From: Macrostomum hystrix
Lineage: Eukaryota; Animalia; Platyhelminthes
Assembly: GCA_950097015.1 (NCBI GenBank)
Contig: CATNEN010000025.1
Location: 2,728,001-2,792,000, forward strand
Length of the DNA stretch: 64,000 nt
Reading direction: 5' to 3'
Below are positions 45,301 through 57,596 of the stretch, piece by piece (the first letter of the stretch is position 1; each line of letters starts with the position of its first letter). The position numbers and the translations under genes are program-made. Below the pieces are notes generated by a model that saw only the letters and a list, made by a program, of their open reading frames with translations, had not been told where the DNA came from and did not search any database.

Positions 45301-48300
45301 AGAATCTTAGGGATTAGGAGGAATCTTAGGGATTAGAAGAAATCTTAGGGATTAGGAGAAATCTTAGGGATTATGAAGAATCTTAGGGATTAGGAGAAAT
45401 CTTAGGGATTAGGAGAAATCTTAGGGATTAGGAGAAATCTTAGGGATTATGAAGAATCTTAGGGATTAGAAAGAATCTTAGGGATTAGGAGGAATCTTAG
45501 GGATTAGGAGAAATCTTAGGGATTATGAAGAATCTTGGCGATTAGAAAGAATCTTAGGGATTAGAAAGAATCTTGGGGATTAGAAAGAATCTTAGGGATT
45601 AGGAGAAATCTTAGGGATTATGAAGAATCTTAGGGATTATGAAGAATCTTAGGGATTAGGAGGAATCTTAGGGATTAGGAGAAATCTTAGGGATTATGAA
45701 GAATCTTAGGGATTAGAAAGAATCTTGGGGATTAGAAAGAATCTTAGGGATTAGGAGAAATCTTAGGGATTAGGAGAAATCTTAGGGATTAGGAGAAATC
45801 TTAGGGATTAGCAAGAATCTTAGGGACTTCTGTACGATTTTTTTCTATCATATTTTGTGCAGGAGAACTAAGGATGTTTCAGTAAGCAAAATAGGATTAG
45901 CATAATCAATAGATAGGATCATTGAAGGGTCAAGAATCCTCACAATTCGCTACTTTTCCAGAAGTGGTTGCCGTGCAACCTCGGGGCATGAAGTACTTAT
46001 GCAAATTAGCTTTGAATGAGAAAAATTTATATTTCGAGATATAGGTTAGAATAATAAATTTTTTGTAGTGAAAACATGAAAAAAGAATTGTGACAAGAAA
46101 ATAATAAACTTGATTAGAAGAAAAGAGACTAGAAACATAGAAGGTAGAGAACAGAAGGAGGTGAGGAGGCAGATGTAATGAGTGTGGAGGGAAGTGGAGA
46201 GAAGGGGAGAGGGAGAGCGGAGGGGAGAGGGAGAGCGAAGGGGAGAGCGGAGGGAGGGGAGAGGGAGAGCGAAGGGGAGAGGGAGAGTGACGGGGAGAGG
46301 GAGAGTGAAGGGGAGAGGAAGAGCGAAGGGGAGAGGAAGAGCGGAGGGAGGGGAGAGGGAGAGCGGAGGGAGGGGAGAGGGAGAGCGGAGGGAGGGGAGA
46401 GGGAGAGCGAAGGGGAGAGGGAGAGCGGAGGGGAGAGTGAGAGCGGAGGGGAGAGTGAGAGCGGAGGGAGGGGAGAGGGAGAGCGGAGGGAGGGGAGAGG
46501 GAGAGCGAAGGGAGGGGAGAGCGGAGGGGAGAGGGAAGGTGTGGAAGGGGTGAGAGAGTAGAGAGACAGGGAAGAGAGACAATAGGGAATTGTAGATATG
46601 AAAAGTGCAGAGACAGTGCTGGAGAGGAGGCACAGATCAGTCTTTCTGTATCCCAACTGTCGATTGCGAGTTTAGTTTTTCAAGTCCGACTCACCCTGGC
46701 TGGCCCTGCTCAGCGGTCGATCTTTGTAGCCTCCGTTGCTGAAATGGGTTTTGTGTGCGCAGCAATGCGACGTTTCGGAATAAGATATGCTTGTCTACAC
46801 AGAGACAGGATGAGACAGGATCAGACAGGATGTGACAGGATGAGACAGGATCAGACAGGATGTGACAGGATGAGACAGGATGAGACAGGATGAGACAGGA
46901 TGAGACAGGATGAGACAGACAGTGAAGTTAATGCACTCTAATCTTATAAAGTAATTGCCACACAGAAAGAAAATTCTAGCCAACGGTCGTCATTACGAGA
47001 GGAGCCTAGCAACTACGAGCTACTTCAGAAAAAGCTATAGCCTCTCATCAGCTGTGGAGTCAGTGATGTCGAGTCCCGCGGGACTGAAGTGAGTGAGCGG
47101 CACGCCCGATAATGGGGGGATGAAAAGGGGAGGCTTGGCATCCGGTCTGGTGGCACAGGAAGAGATTTCGCAGACGAGAGGGAGAAAAGATTTCGAGATT
47201 GGATCATTAAGACTGGAGTGCAATGAATTCCATGAAACTAGATCAAAATTGGCCCAATCGAGCTCGAAGTCCTCCGGAAACGATTTCTTAGAAAATGAGT
47301 CTCGAACCCCAGCCCGATCCCGAGTTCTCCAAGCGATCCCCTTACTGGCAATCCCTTGGGCCATAGGGAATATGCTAATTAGCCTAATTAACCATTCGAA
47401 GCGAGCCGTGAGTGGAGCAAAGCCAATCGAAAGTTGGGTCAACTAGCTGTGCTCAACTTCGTGCTCAAGCTGCGAGCTAAAACTCGCGGGAGAGAGAAAG
47501 TGCAAGAGTGCAGAACCAGATTTCTCCCCCGACCCTCTAGACCTGCACTTTTATCCTCATCAGCCGATCGAAGTCTCATTTCGCTTCACTCGTGTTTTCC
47601 ATTATCGTTGCAATATGCGCTGGTAATTATACACTATCGGCGTTTAATAATTGCATTATCATTATTTAATAATGCGACAGGGAAGGCTGATGCGGCTGCA
47701 TGACCGGAGTTTCTGTCCCAGCTCTACACAGGACTTAAAGCAACTCGACGTCTGCTAATCGACGGCCTAGTATAATCCATTCCCGTCTCTTTGTCTTTCA
47801 AGTTTTTATCTGCCGCTGCTGTGTCAGTGTCACATCTCTGTCTCTGTCTCTCTCTCTGTGTCCCTGCATCTCTCTGTCTCTCTGTCTCTCTGTCTCTCTG
47901 TCTCTCTGTCTCTCTGTCTCTCTGTCTCTCTGTCTCTCTGTCTCTCTGTTTCTCCGTCTCTCTGTCTCTCTGTCTCTCTGTCTCTCAGTCTCTCAGTCTC
48001 TCTGTCTCTCTGTCTCTCTCTCTCTGTCCCTGCATCTCTCTGTCTCTCTGTCTCTCTGTCTCTCTGTCTCACTGTCTCTCAGTCTCTCTGTCTCTCTGTC
48101 TCTCTGTCTCTCTGTCTCTCTGTCTCTCTGTCTCTCTGTCTCTCTGTCTCTCTGTCTCTGTGTCTCTCTGTCTCTCTGTCTCTCTGTCTCTCTGTCTCTC
48201 TGTCTCTCCGTCTCTCTGTCTCTCTGTCTCTCTGTCTCTCTGTCTCTCTGTCTCTCAGTCTCTCTGTCTCTCAGTCTCTCTGTCTCTCAGTCTCTCTGTC

Positions 48301-51300
48301 TCTCTGTCTCTCTCTCTCTGTCCCTGCATCTCTCTGTCTCTCTGTCTCTCTGTCTCTCTGTCTCTCCGTCTCTCTGTCTCTCTGTCTCTCTCTCTCTGTC
48401 TCTCTGTCTCTCCGTCTCTCTGTCTCTCCGTCTCTCTGTCTCTCTGTCTCTCTCTCTCTGTCTCTCTGTCTCTCCGTCTCTCTGTCTCTCTGTCTTTCTG
48501 TCTTTCTGTCTCTCAGTCTCTCTGTCTCTCTGTCTCTCTGTCTCTCTGTCTCTCTGTCTCTCTGTCTCTCTGTCTCTCTGTCTCTCTGTCTCTCCGTCTC
48601 TCTGTCTCTCTGTCTCTCTCTCTCTCTGTCTCTCTGTCTCTCCGTCTCTCTGTCTCTCTGTCTCTCTGTCTCTCTGTCTCTCTGTCTCTCAGTCTCTCTG
48701 TCTCTCTGTCTCTCTGTCTCTCAGTCTCACTGTCTCTCAGTCTCTCTGTCTCTCTGTCTCTCAGTCTCTCAGTCTCTCTGTCTCTTAGTCTCTCTGTCTC
48801 TCTGTCTCTCTGTCTCTCAGTCTCACTCTCTCTCTGTCTCTCTGTCTCTCTGTCTCACTGTCTCTCAGTCTCTCAGTCTCTCAGTCTCTCTGTCTCTCAG
48901 TCTCTCAGTCTCTCTGTCTCTCTGTCTCTCTGTCTCTCTGTCTCTCTGTCTCTCAGTCTCTCTGTCTCTCTGTCTCTCAGTCTCATTGTCTCTCAGTCTC
49001 ACTGTCTTTCTGTCTTTCTGTCTCTCTGTCTCTCTGTCTCTCAGTCTCTCTGTCTCTCTGTCTCTCAGTCTCTCTGTCTCTCTGTCTCTCTGTCTCTCTG
49101 TCTCTCTGTCTCTCTGTCTCTCTGTCTCTCTGTCTCTCTGTCTCTCTGTCTCTCTGTCTCTCTGTCTCTGTGTCTCTCTGTCTCTCTGTCTCTCTGTCTC
49201 TCTGTCTCTCTGTCTCTCTGTCTCTCTCTCTCTGTCCCTGCATCTCTCTGTCTCTCTGTCTCTCTGTCTCTCTGTCTCTCTGTCTCTCTCTCTCTGTCCC
49301 TGCATCTCTCTGTCTCTCTGTCTCTCTGTCTCTCTGTCTCTCTGTCTCTCTGTCTCTCAGTCTCTCTGTCTCTCAGTCTCTCTGTCTCTCAGTCTCTCTG
49401 TCTCTCTGTCTCTCTCTCTCTGTCCCTGCATCTCTCTGTCTCTCAGTCTCTCTGTCTCTCTGTCTCTCTGTCTCTCTGTCTCTCTGTCTCTCTGTCTCTC
49501 TGTCTCTCTGTCTCTCTGTCTCTCTGTCTCTCTGTCTCTCCGTCTCTCTGTCTCTCTGTCTCTCTCTCTCTGTCTCTCTGTCTCTGTGTCTCTCTGTCTC
49601 TCTGTCTCTCACTCTCTCTGTCTCTCTGTCTCTGTGTCTCTCTGTCTCTCTGTCTCTCACTCTCTCTGTCTCTCTGTCTCTCTGTCTCTCTGTCTCTCTG
49701 TCTCTCAGTCTCTCTGTCTCTCTGTCTCTCTGTCTCTCAGTCTCACTGTCTCTCAGTCTCTCTGTCTCTCTGTCTCTCAGTCTCTCAGTCTCTCTGTCTC
49801 TTAGTCTCTCTGTCTCTCTGTCTCTCTGTCTCTCAGTCTCACTCTCTCTCTGTCTCTCTGTCTCTCTGTCTCACTGTCTCTCAGTCTCTCAGTCTCTCAG
49901 TCTCTCTGTCTCTCAGTCTCTCAGTCTCTCTGTCTCTCTGTCTCTCTGTCTCTCTGTCTCTCTGTCTCTCAGTCTCTCTGTCTCTCTGTCTCTCAGTCTC
50001 ATTGTCTCTCAGTCTCACTGTCTTTCTGTCTTTCTGTCTCTCTGTCTCTCTGTCTCTCAGTCTCTCTGTCTCTCTGTCTCTCAGTCTCTCTGTCTCTCTG
50101 TCTCTCTGTCTCTCTGTCTCTCTGTCTCTCTGTCTCTCTGTCTCTCTGTCTCTCTGTCTCTCTGTCTCTCTGTCTCTCTGTCTCTGTGTCTCTCTGTCTC
50201 TCTGTCTCTCTGTCTCTCTGTCTCTCTGTCTCTCTGTCTCTCTCTCTCTGTCCCTGCATCTCTCTGTCTCTCTGTCTCTCTGTCTCTCTGTCTCTCTGTC
50301 TCTCTCTCTCTGTCCCTGCATCTCTCTGTCTCTCTGTCTCTCTGTCTTTCTGTCTCTCTGTCTCTCTGTCTCTCTGTTTCTCTGTCTCTCAGTCTCTCTG
50401 TCTCTCAGTCTCTCTGTCTCTCTGTCTCTCTCTCTCTGTCCCTGCATCTCTCTGTCTCTCAGTCTCTCTGTCTCTCTGTCTCTCTGTCTCTCTGTCTCTC
50501 TGTCTCTCTGTCTCTCTGTCTCTCTGTCTCTCAGTCTCTCTGTCTCTCTGTCTCTCTGTCTCTCTGTCTCTCTGTCTCTCTGTCTCTCTGTCTCTCTGTC
50601 TCTCTGTCTCTCTGTCTCTCTGTCTCTCTGTCTCTGTGTCTCTCTGTCTCTCTGTCTCTCCGTCTCTCTGTCTCTCTGTCTCTCTCTCTCTGTCTCTCTG
50701 TCTCTGTGTCTCTTTGTCTCTCTGTCTCTCACTCTCTCTGTCTCTCTGTCTCTGTGTCTCTCTGTCTCTCTGTCTCTCACTCTCTCTGTCTCTCTGTCTC
50801 TCTGTCTCTCTGTCTCTCTGTCTCTCTGTCTCTCTGTCTCTCAGTCTCTCTGTCTCTCTGTCTCTCTGTCTCTCTGTCTCTCTGTCTCTCTGTCTCTCTG
50901 TCTCTCTGTCTCTCTGTCTCTCTGTCTCTCTGTCTCTGTGTCTCTCTGTCTCTCTGTCTCTCACTCTCTCTGTCTCTCAGTCTCTCTGTCTCTCTGTCTC
51001 TCAGTCTCTCTGTCTCTCTGTCTCTCTGTCTCTCTGTCTCTCTGTTTCTCTGTCTCTCTGTCTCTCAGTCTCTCTGTCTCTCTGTCTCTCTGTTTCTCTG
51101 TCTCTCTGTCTCTCTGTCTCTCTGTCTCTCTGTCTCTCTGTCTCTCTGTCTTAGCTGGTTTTGTCTCATTGTTAAACGAATTCTATGAAATGAAATAACT
51201 ACCTCTACCAAGACTCGAAACAAATACTTACTCAATCACCCGCTGCACAATGAGCTCCACCTGTTTGTCCAGCTTGGAGTCAACCAAGATGTCGTAGACC

Positions 51301-54300
51301 TCCTGAATTTCCAGCGACTTCAGCGAGAAGCCGTTCCACTCCAGCACCTCATCGCCGGGGCGCAGATCACCGACCCGGTCAGCCACGCTGCCTGCCTTCA
51401 CTCTGGTGATGAAGGCTCCGAGCCGACCTGACTGAGTTCGCTTCCCTCCGATCACCTTCAGGCCTGGAGTTGGGGTGGGGGCGGGGACTGGGTCATCCAA
51501 TGCTTCACTATGAACTAACTCTAATCTCCATTGAAATCCTAATCCCACACAAAGTTCATCCTATAACAAGCCCAATCAAAATTTTTCCTAATCCTAATCC
51601 CAATCCCAATCCCAATCCCAATCATAATTCTAATCCTACTCCCAATTCTAACCCAAATCCCAATTCTAATCCTAATCCCAATTCTAATCCCAATCCTAAT
51701 TCTAATCCTAATCCCAATTCTAATCCCAATCCTAATTCTAATCCTAATCCCAATTCTAATCCCAATCCTAATTCTAATCCCAATCCCAATCATAATCCCA
51801 ATTCTAATGCCAATCCTAATTCTAATCCTAATCCCAATCCCAATCATAATCATAATCCTAATTCTAATTCTAATCCCAATCCTATTTCTAATCCTAATCC
51901 CAATCCTAATTCTAACCCTCATCCCAATCCTAATTCAAATCCTAATCCCAATTCAATTCTAATTTAAATCCTAATCCTAATCCTAATTTTAATCCTAATC
52001 CCAATGCTAATTGTAATCCAAATCACTCTCCTAATTCTAATTCTGCTTCAAATCTCAATCCCGATCACAATCCTAATCATATTCCCAATCCTAATTATAA
52101 TCATTATCAAGATATCAAAACCCAATGCAAATCCTAATAATAATAAATCTTAACTAAGTTCCGAATCTTGAATCACAATCCCGATTCCGATCCAATCTAA
52201 ATCCCAAGCGCTAGACAATCTTTTTTCAAATCCTAATTACCCCCCAATCCCACTGTTGGCCTTCCTAATGTTAGTTCCTGGAATATATTAGTGCCCCTAA
52301 CAATAAAAGATGCAACAAGAATCACTCACCAAGGTCGACAGTATTGCCAAACTCGTCAATCTCCTTCTTGAGCAGCATGTGGCCGATGAGTCGCTTTCTG
52401 TCGTTTGACAGCTGCCAAGCCACCGGGTGCTGGGAAATGGGATTAGAAATATTTGCGGATTTTGGGACAAATAAGTGGTGGGTCAATCGGGCTGATAATC
52501 TGATGCGTGGCATAAGCTGAGAGCTCGCATTACTGAAGCTCGGATGCCTACGTTACGGTGGATGTGTTTGATAAGGAATGGAGAAATAAGGATGCTTGGA
52601 ATCAAGAGCAGAGTGAGGGAAAAGGGAGAAGGAAGAAAGAGATTAAGGGAGGCATTGACGAAGGGTGGAAGGGTAGAAAAGAACAAGGGAGGAAAGGAGA
52701 AAGGGTAGAATAGAAGAAGGAGAAAGGGAGGAAGGGAGGAAGGGAGGAAGGGAGGAAATGAGAAAGGGAGGAAGGGAGGAAGAGAGGAAAGGAGGAAGGG
52801 AGGCATTGACGAAGGGTGGAAGGGTAGAAGAGAAGAAGGGAGGAAGGGAGGAAGGGTAGAAGAGAAGAAAGGAGGAAGGGACGAAGGGTATAAGAAAAGA
52901 AGGGAGGATGGGAGGAAAGGAGGAAGGGAGAAAGGGTGTAAGAGAGTGAGGCATAAAGAGAGCAAGGAACAGAGGTAATGAGGAGGGGAGGAACAGATGA
53001 AGGGATGAAGGCTCGTACGCTACGCTAGCTTTGTTTCAAAGCTCTAAAAAATCTTAGATAAAAAAGTTTTTCCGAAGAAAAATCGATAGAAAAATCTGTC
53101 GTCCTCTTTTCGATTCGATGGAATCGATCGATTATCCACGCTCAGTAATTTTTTTATCAACGTTTAGCTCGTAGCGACACTAATGAGACTCTACGGGTGA
53201 GCAGGTGTGCCATCAGGTTTTAGGAATCTAATTATGTTTAGTGCAGGCTAACTGTTACTGATTCTATGCTCGAGTGAGTAGATTTGGTCCAAATTAGAAT
53301 GGCACGCAGGTGTGCTAATGCAGTGTGTTTGTGTCAGTCTTTTGTCTGAATATTCACTGTCTTGTTGCGTTAAAAAATTACTGAATGATTGACAGCCTTC
53401 AATTTGATGTTGGCAATCGAGTCTTTAAAGTTCTGAAAGATCTTGGGCTGCAGACTGAGTGGACTGAGGATTCCATACCTGAAGAATCTGTAGACTGAGG
53501 ATTCTATACTTGAAGAATATGTAGACTGAGGATTCTATGCCTGAAGAATATTTAGTGAGGATTCCATACCTGAAGAAAAGGTGGACTGAGGATTCTATAC
53601 CTGAAGAATATTTAGTGAGGATTCCATACCTGAAGAATAGGTGGACTGAGGATTCTATACCTGAAGAATATGTAGACTGAGGATTCTATACCTGAAGAAT
53701 ATGTAGACTGAGGATTCCATACCTGAAGAATCTGTAGACTGAGGATTCCATACCTGAAGAATCTGTAGACTGAGGATTCTATACCTGAAGAATATGTAGA
53801 CTGAGGATTCTATGCCTGAAGAATAGGTGGACTGAGGATTCTATACCTGAAGAATATGTAGACTGAGGATTCTATACCTGAAGAATATGTAGACTGAGGA
53901 TTCCATACCTGAAGAATCTGTAGACTGAGGATTCTATACCTGAAGAATCTGTAGACTGAGGATTCTATACCTGAAGAATATGTAGACTGAGGATTCCATA
54001 CCTGAAGAATCTGTAGACTGAGGATTCCATACCTGAAGAATCTGTAGACTGAGGATTCTATACCTGAAGAATATGTAGACTGAGGATTCTATGCCTGAAG
54101 AATATTTAGTGAGGATTCCATACCTGAAGAATAGGTGGACTGAGGATTCTATACCTGAAGAATATTTAGTGAGGATTCCATACCTGAAGAATAGGTGGAC
54201 TGAGGATTCTATACCTGAAGAATATTTAGTGAGGATTCCATACCTGAAGTATAGGTGGACTGAGGATTATATACCTGAAGAATATGTAGACTGAGGATTC

Positions 54301-55993
54301 TATACCTGAAGAATAGGTGGACTGAGGATTCTACACTTGATTAGTCTACCGTCAATAGTGTGTAATGAGAAGGCTCTATTTGATTTCAAGTATTGAATTA
54401 CTTCAGGTATTGAATTACTTCAGGCATTGAATTACTTCAGGTATTGAATTGCTTCAGGTATTGAATTACTTCAGGTATTGAATTACTTCAGGTATTGAAT
54501 TACTTCAGGTATTGAATTGCTTCAGGTATTGAATTACTTCAGGTATTGAATTACTTCAGGTATTGAATTACTTCAGGTATTGAATTGCTTCAGGTATTGA
54601 ATTACTTCAGGTATTGAATTACTTCAGGTATTGAATTACTTCAGGTATTGAATTACTTCAGGTATTGAATTACTTCAGGTATTGAATTACTTCAGGTATT
54701 GAATTACTTCAGGTATTGAATTACTTCAGGTATTGAATTACTTCAGGTATTGAATTACTTCAGGTATTGAATTACTTCAGGTATTGAATTACTTCAGGCA
54801 TTGAATTACTTCAGGCATTGAATTACTTCAGGTATTGAATTACTTCAGGTATTGAATTACTTCAGGTATTGAATTACTTCAGGTATTGAATTACTTCAGG
54901 TATTGAATTACTTCAGGTATTGAATTACTTCAGGTATTGAATTACTTCAGGTATTGAATTACTTCAGGTATTGAATTGCTTCAGGTATTGAATTGCTTCA
55001 GGTATTGAATTACTTCAGGTATTGAATTACGAGTTGTAGAAAGAAGAAAGCAACACTCACAGAAAGGAAGTCTTTAACTTTAGCTTCGATGGCAGCTGGA
55101 TGTCGTCTGTCCGGTTGGCCTGGAATGAAAAAAATCATTCGCATAAACCGCAACACAGATATATTACTTACAGTAGGACAAACGAATTTGTTAATTTACC
55201 AGAAAATATCAAAGACATCTTATCTCTCTTGTGTAGTCGCGTGAAAAAATGTATTTTAGCATGAATTTTGGGTAAAGAAGGATGCGAGGTGAGACTAAAG
55301 AATGAAAATTAAAGATTGTTAAGAAGATGGTGGTGGGACAAACTAGATTTTTTATCCGAAACGGGTCTATCTTTATCTGCATATTGGCATTACGTTCATG
55401 ACATAAAAAGTCTTAGATTGTACTGCGGACAAGTACAATCGGCCTTACCAATCTCGCTTAACGTGTCGAACTCGCCGGCATCGTTCCATCCGCCGCCAAC
55501 GCCGCCAACGATGCGACCCGAGCCGCTGTTGTACAAAACCTCGTCCTCTTCGCTGGAGCTCAGACTTTTACGATGCTGCCGATTGTACAGGTGCTGCTGC
55601 TGCTGCTGATGATAGGCTCGGTACGGACGGCCGCCTGGTTCCGAACTGAGCGAGCTGTGCCGTTTAGCAGCAGTCGGCACGCCTGTGGCATTCGGAGCTA
55701 CAGCGGTGGTCTGCCTGCGGCCCGCCGTGCCGACGTCGCGACCAGCAGCGCCGGTTGTGACGTAGCGACCGCTTCTGACACCGCCCACCTGCTGGGCTTG
55801 ATAATCAGTCACTGTCACCGCTGCCGCCACTGTTGTGGCTGCTGCTGCTGCACCAGTTGAGAATGCATACTGCTGCTGCTGCTGCTGGTAGCTGCTGGAG
55901 CGTCTGCTGGCTTCGCGGTACGGGTCTCTTATATTGTTGGGCCCTCTACCTGCGCCACCGCTGCCGCTGCTGTGGCGCCGAGTTTCGGCAAGG

Positions 55994-56027
<34 letters not shown>

Positions 56028-56855
56028 ATTCGGTAATAGAGCCACGGAAAATCTAGCTTATTTACACCATCCTCCAGATCCATGGGCCTCGTATTACCCT
56101 CAATAACCCAAAACCGCATCACCAGAACCCTACCTTGGTGACACCTGGCTCTTTTAGCTGTCCCTGCAGCTTCTCTGTTGGCTGGTGGTTGTTGGTTTTG
56201 CCGCGAGACTGTTGTACAGCTGCCGACGACGCATTGACGTAAGTTGACGGCGCCACACCTGTCGGCGTTTCAGCGTCTTCGTCATCCAAAATGCCTGTGT
56301 CGATTTCGTTCAACGAACGCTGCCTGTAACTGGTTAATTTTTCTCGCATTTTTACTACAAGCAGCTCAAATATGCACTCAAGGACCACTAGGAATTACAT
56401 ATGTTACATTACATATACCTAGTTAAGTTGTCCTTGTATGCACTCTTATTTGAAGGAATGCTAATAATTTTTACTCGCCTAGCGTCCCTCAGCTGAGGCG
56501 GCGGCTGCGAAGTTCGACGCCTCGATGCTGCTGATGTCGGTGTTGCTGCTGCTGGGACACTGGCGACTGCTGCGGACTTCCCAGACTGTTGCTGTCGATC
56601 GGTTGGTTTCGTTTTCTGCACTGGCGTGGCGGTCTTGTGTGACTGCGGCGCTGTCCGCTGAGAGTCAGTTGAGTTCGATGACGCACTCTGGGCGGGATTA
56701 CCGGAAGACCTGCGGGTGCGCGTGCTGGAAGACTGCTGCTGCTGCTGCTGCTGCTGCGCCTGCTGCCTCTGTATCGGCGCCTCTGACGCAGAAGATGTTG
56801 GCTTCTCAGCGCTGACGGTCGGACCACTTTGGCATTTCATGCAGAGCCAGATTAT
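31478..56855 (-). CDS. unc-10: RIM / UNC-10 presynaptic active-zone protein (5'-incomplete)
   Basis: Phase-consistent exons: 56475-56855, about 56134-56324, 55449-56025, 55061-55119, 52330-52429, 51232-51463 (PDZ), 46695-46738, 45056-45266, 44243-44402, 43138-43230 (C2A), 41715-41740, 39623-39663 (tentative), 37763-38515, 34405-34678, 33037-33376, 31478-31735 (C2B). RIM signatures: IIWLCMKC (zinc-finger end), [12 protein letters not shown]|[68 protein letters not shown]. Confidence 0.93.
31895..32905. repeat. 22-23-bp minisatellite (GGGATTCGAGTAGGGATCAGATG)n in the last RIM intron
   Basis: Read directly; a variant block recurs at about 32094, 32298 and 32546. Confidence 0.95.
33405..34375. 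repeat. 30-bp minisatellite (CCAATCCTGAAACCCACCACCCACCCCATA)n filling a RIM intron
   Basis: Read directly; 10-aa periodic ORFs. Confidence 0.95.
34745..34910 (-). mobile_element. SINE family B, diverged 3' fragment
   Basis: GCTGCGGGCAATGGCACATAATTTGGTGACACTAGACCC matches family B. Confidence 0.8.
35985..37565. repeat. 31-bp minisatellite (CTCTGACTAATGAGGATTTAGTTCCGTCCTG)n
   Basis: About 50 copies read directly. Confidence 0.96.
38556..38712 (+). mobile_element. SINE family B 3' half
   Basis: GTACACTGCCTGACGATG..TTGCCTCCTCGCTGGCTGCGGGTC..CATTGCCCAC with AT-rich tail. Confidence 0.8.
38780..39485. repeat. 33-bp minisatellite (CGACTTATTTACCATAGACACTATCGAACGTTG)n
   Basis: Read directly; degenerate TACCATAG motifs continue to about 40050. 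Confidence 0.93.
40960..41700. repeat. 20-bp minisatellite (GTGTCAGATATGGCTGTGRG)n
   Basis: Read directly. Confidence 0.95.
42305..43130. repeat. About 33-35-bp minisatellite (ACACCTGTTAGGTGAGCAGCTCCTACCAAACACTC)n
   Basis: Read directly; abuts the exon donor at 43137. Confidence 0.95.
43138..45266 (-). CDS. unc-10: RIM C2A domain exons (45056-45266, 44243-44402, 43138-43230)
   Basis: [31 protein letters not shown]|[34 protein letters not shown]|TAINLS..PTWFRL. Confidence 0.88.
43370..44105. repeat. About 16-bp GA-rich minisatellite (GAGATGAGACAGGGGA)n
   Basis: Read directly. Confidence 0.92.
44553..44646 (-). mobile_element. SINE family A 5' head fragment
   Basis: Reverse complement of GGTTGCAGCCTAGTGGTTAGAGC..ACAATTTGTGT. 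Confidence 0.78.
45295..45830. repeat. 19-bp telomere-like minisatellite (AATCTTAGGGATTAGGAGA)n
   Basis: One TTAGGG per unit; intronic. Confidence 0.93.
46175..46580. repeat. GA-rich low-complexity tract
   Basis: Nearly pure purine on the + strand. Confidence 0.88.
46800..46920. repeat. 10-bp repeat (GATGAGACAG)n
   Basis: Read directly. Confidence 0.85.
47835..51150. repeat. CT-rich simple satellite (TCTCTCTG)n with higher-order duplication
   Basis: Source of the 1135-, 648- and 672-aa LSVS ORFs; a block is repeated at a 1016-bp offset. Confidence 0.97.
51232..51463 (-). CDS. unc-10: RIM PDZ-domain exon
   Basis: [52 protein letters not shown]; CAG acceptor and GTAAGT donor. Confidence 0.93.
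51535..52100. repeat. (AATCCY/AATTCT)n hexamer-based repeat
   Basis: Read directly; NPNPNS ORF artefact. Confidence 0.9.
52600..53000. repeat. GGAA/GGGA purine-rich low-complexity tract
   Basis: Read directly. Confidence 0.85.
53450..54335. repeat. About 31-bp minisatellite (ATACCTGAAGAATATGTAGACTGAGGATTCT)n
   Basis: Read directly. Confidence 0.94.
54385..55030. repeat. 17-bp minisatellite (TATTGAATTACTTCAGG)n
   Basis: Read directly. Confidence 0.96.
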
Positions 56856-56884
56856 CTGACGGATTAGTTTAAAATTGCACATTC

Positions 56885-57035
56885 TGTACCAAAGATATTC
56901 TGTACCATAGATATTCTGTACCACAGATATTCTGTACCATAGATATTCTGTACCATAGATATTCTGTACCATAGATATTCTGTACCATAGATATTCTGTA
57001 CTATAGATATTCTGTACTATAGATATTCTGTAAGA
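56885..57035. repeat. 16-bp repeat (GATATTCTGTACCATA)n
   Basis: Starts about 30 nt from the acceptor at 56856. Confidence 0.9.
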
Positions 57036-57525
57036 AAGATATTTTCCCTAGAATAGACACTGTACAATAGTCATCGATCCGTACATTGTGGAGCTGAAAT
57101 AATTCTTTCATATACTTTGTTACTTTCAGCAAGACGGTGAGCAGTTAAGATTCTTTTTTATGGCCTAAGACTCAATAAAAATAAGCGAGCAGTTTGTTTT
57201 TATAATGTTTGGATAGTAATATAATATTATCGGGTTACGCCTTCCTGGCATAAAAGGGACTGCAAAAGCCAAGTACAAATACAACTGCTACTAGTATTTG
57301 AATTGAGCCACTGGCCACTAGGATTTGTGTCTAGCTCTCCGTAGCCAACTAGTTAGCTGTAGCCACTGTATGGACTAGCTTAGTCCATCTAATTAGTTAG
57401 CTTAAGGTTTCCAGCTTAGGGTGTCTATTAGCGCTTGTGCCAGGGTGACCGTTGGCTGGTATTTTCACGGCTTTTCCACCGCTCTTGTGGCACACCCGCG
57501 GAATTTCCGCCAGTGACTTCATTCC

Positions 57526-57596
57526 AGCCAATGAGAGAGCTCGAATGAGCCTCAGCCAATGGCGTCGCTGGGAGGGGCCCAGAGCGGCTATAAATA
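57526..57596 (+). promoter_or_regulatory. CCAAT-CCAAT-TATA cassette antisense to RIM
   Basis: AGCCAATG at 57526 and 57554 (28 bp apart), GC-rich spacer, TATAAATA at 57589-57596. Confidence 0.45.

Noticed and set aside
45295-45830. Interstitial telomere or chromosome fusion site
   Set aside because: TTAGGG occurs once per 19-bp unit rather than as a tandem array, within an intact intron.
47791-51198. 1135-, 648- and 672-aa LSVS/RDRETE ORFs
   Set aside because: Translations of (TCTCTCTG)n inside a RIM intron; stop codons are absent for compositional reasons.
56325-56480. GC-AG intron (AG|GCGAGT) in RIM
   Set aside because: A canonical GT donor 4 nt away with the adjacent CAG acceptor also keeps the frame; cannot be decided without reads.
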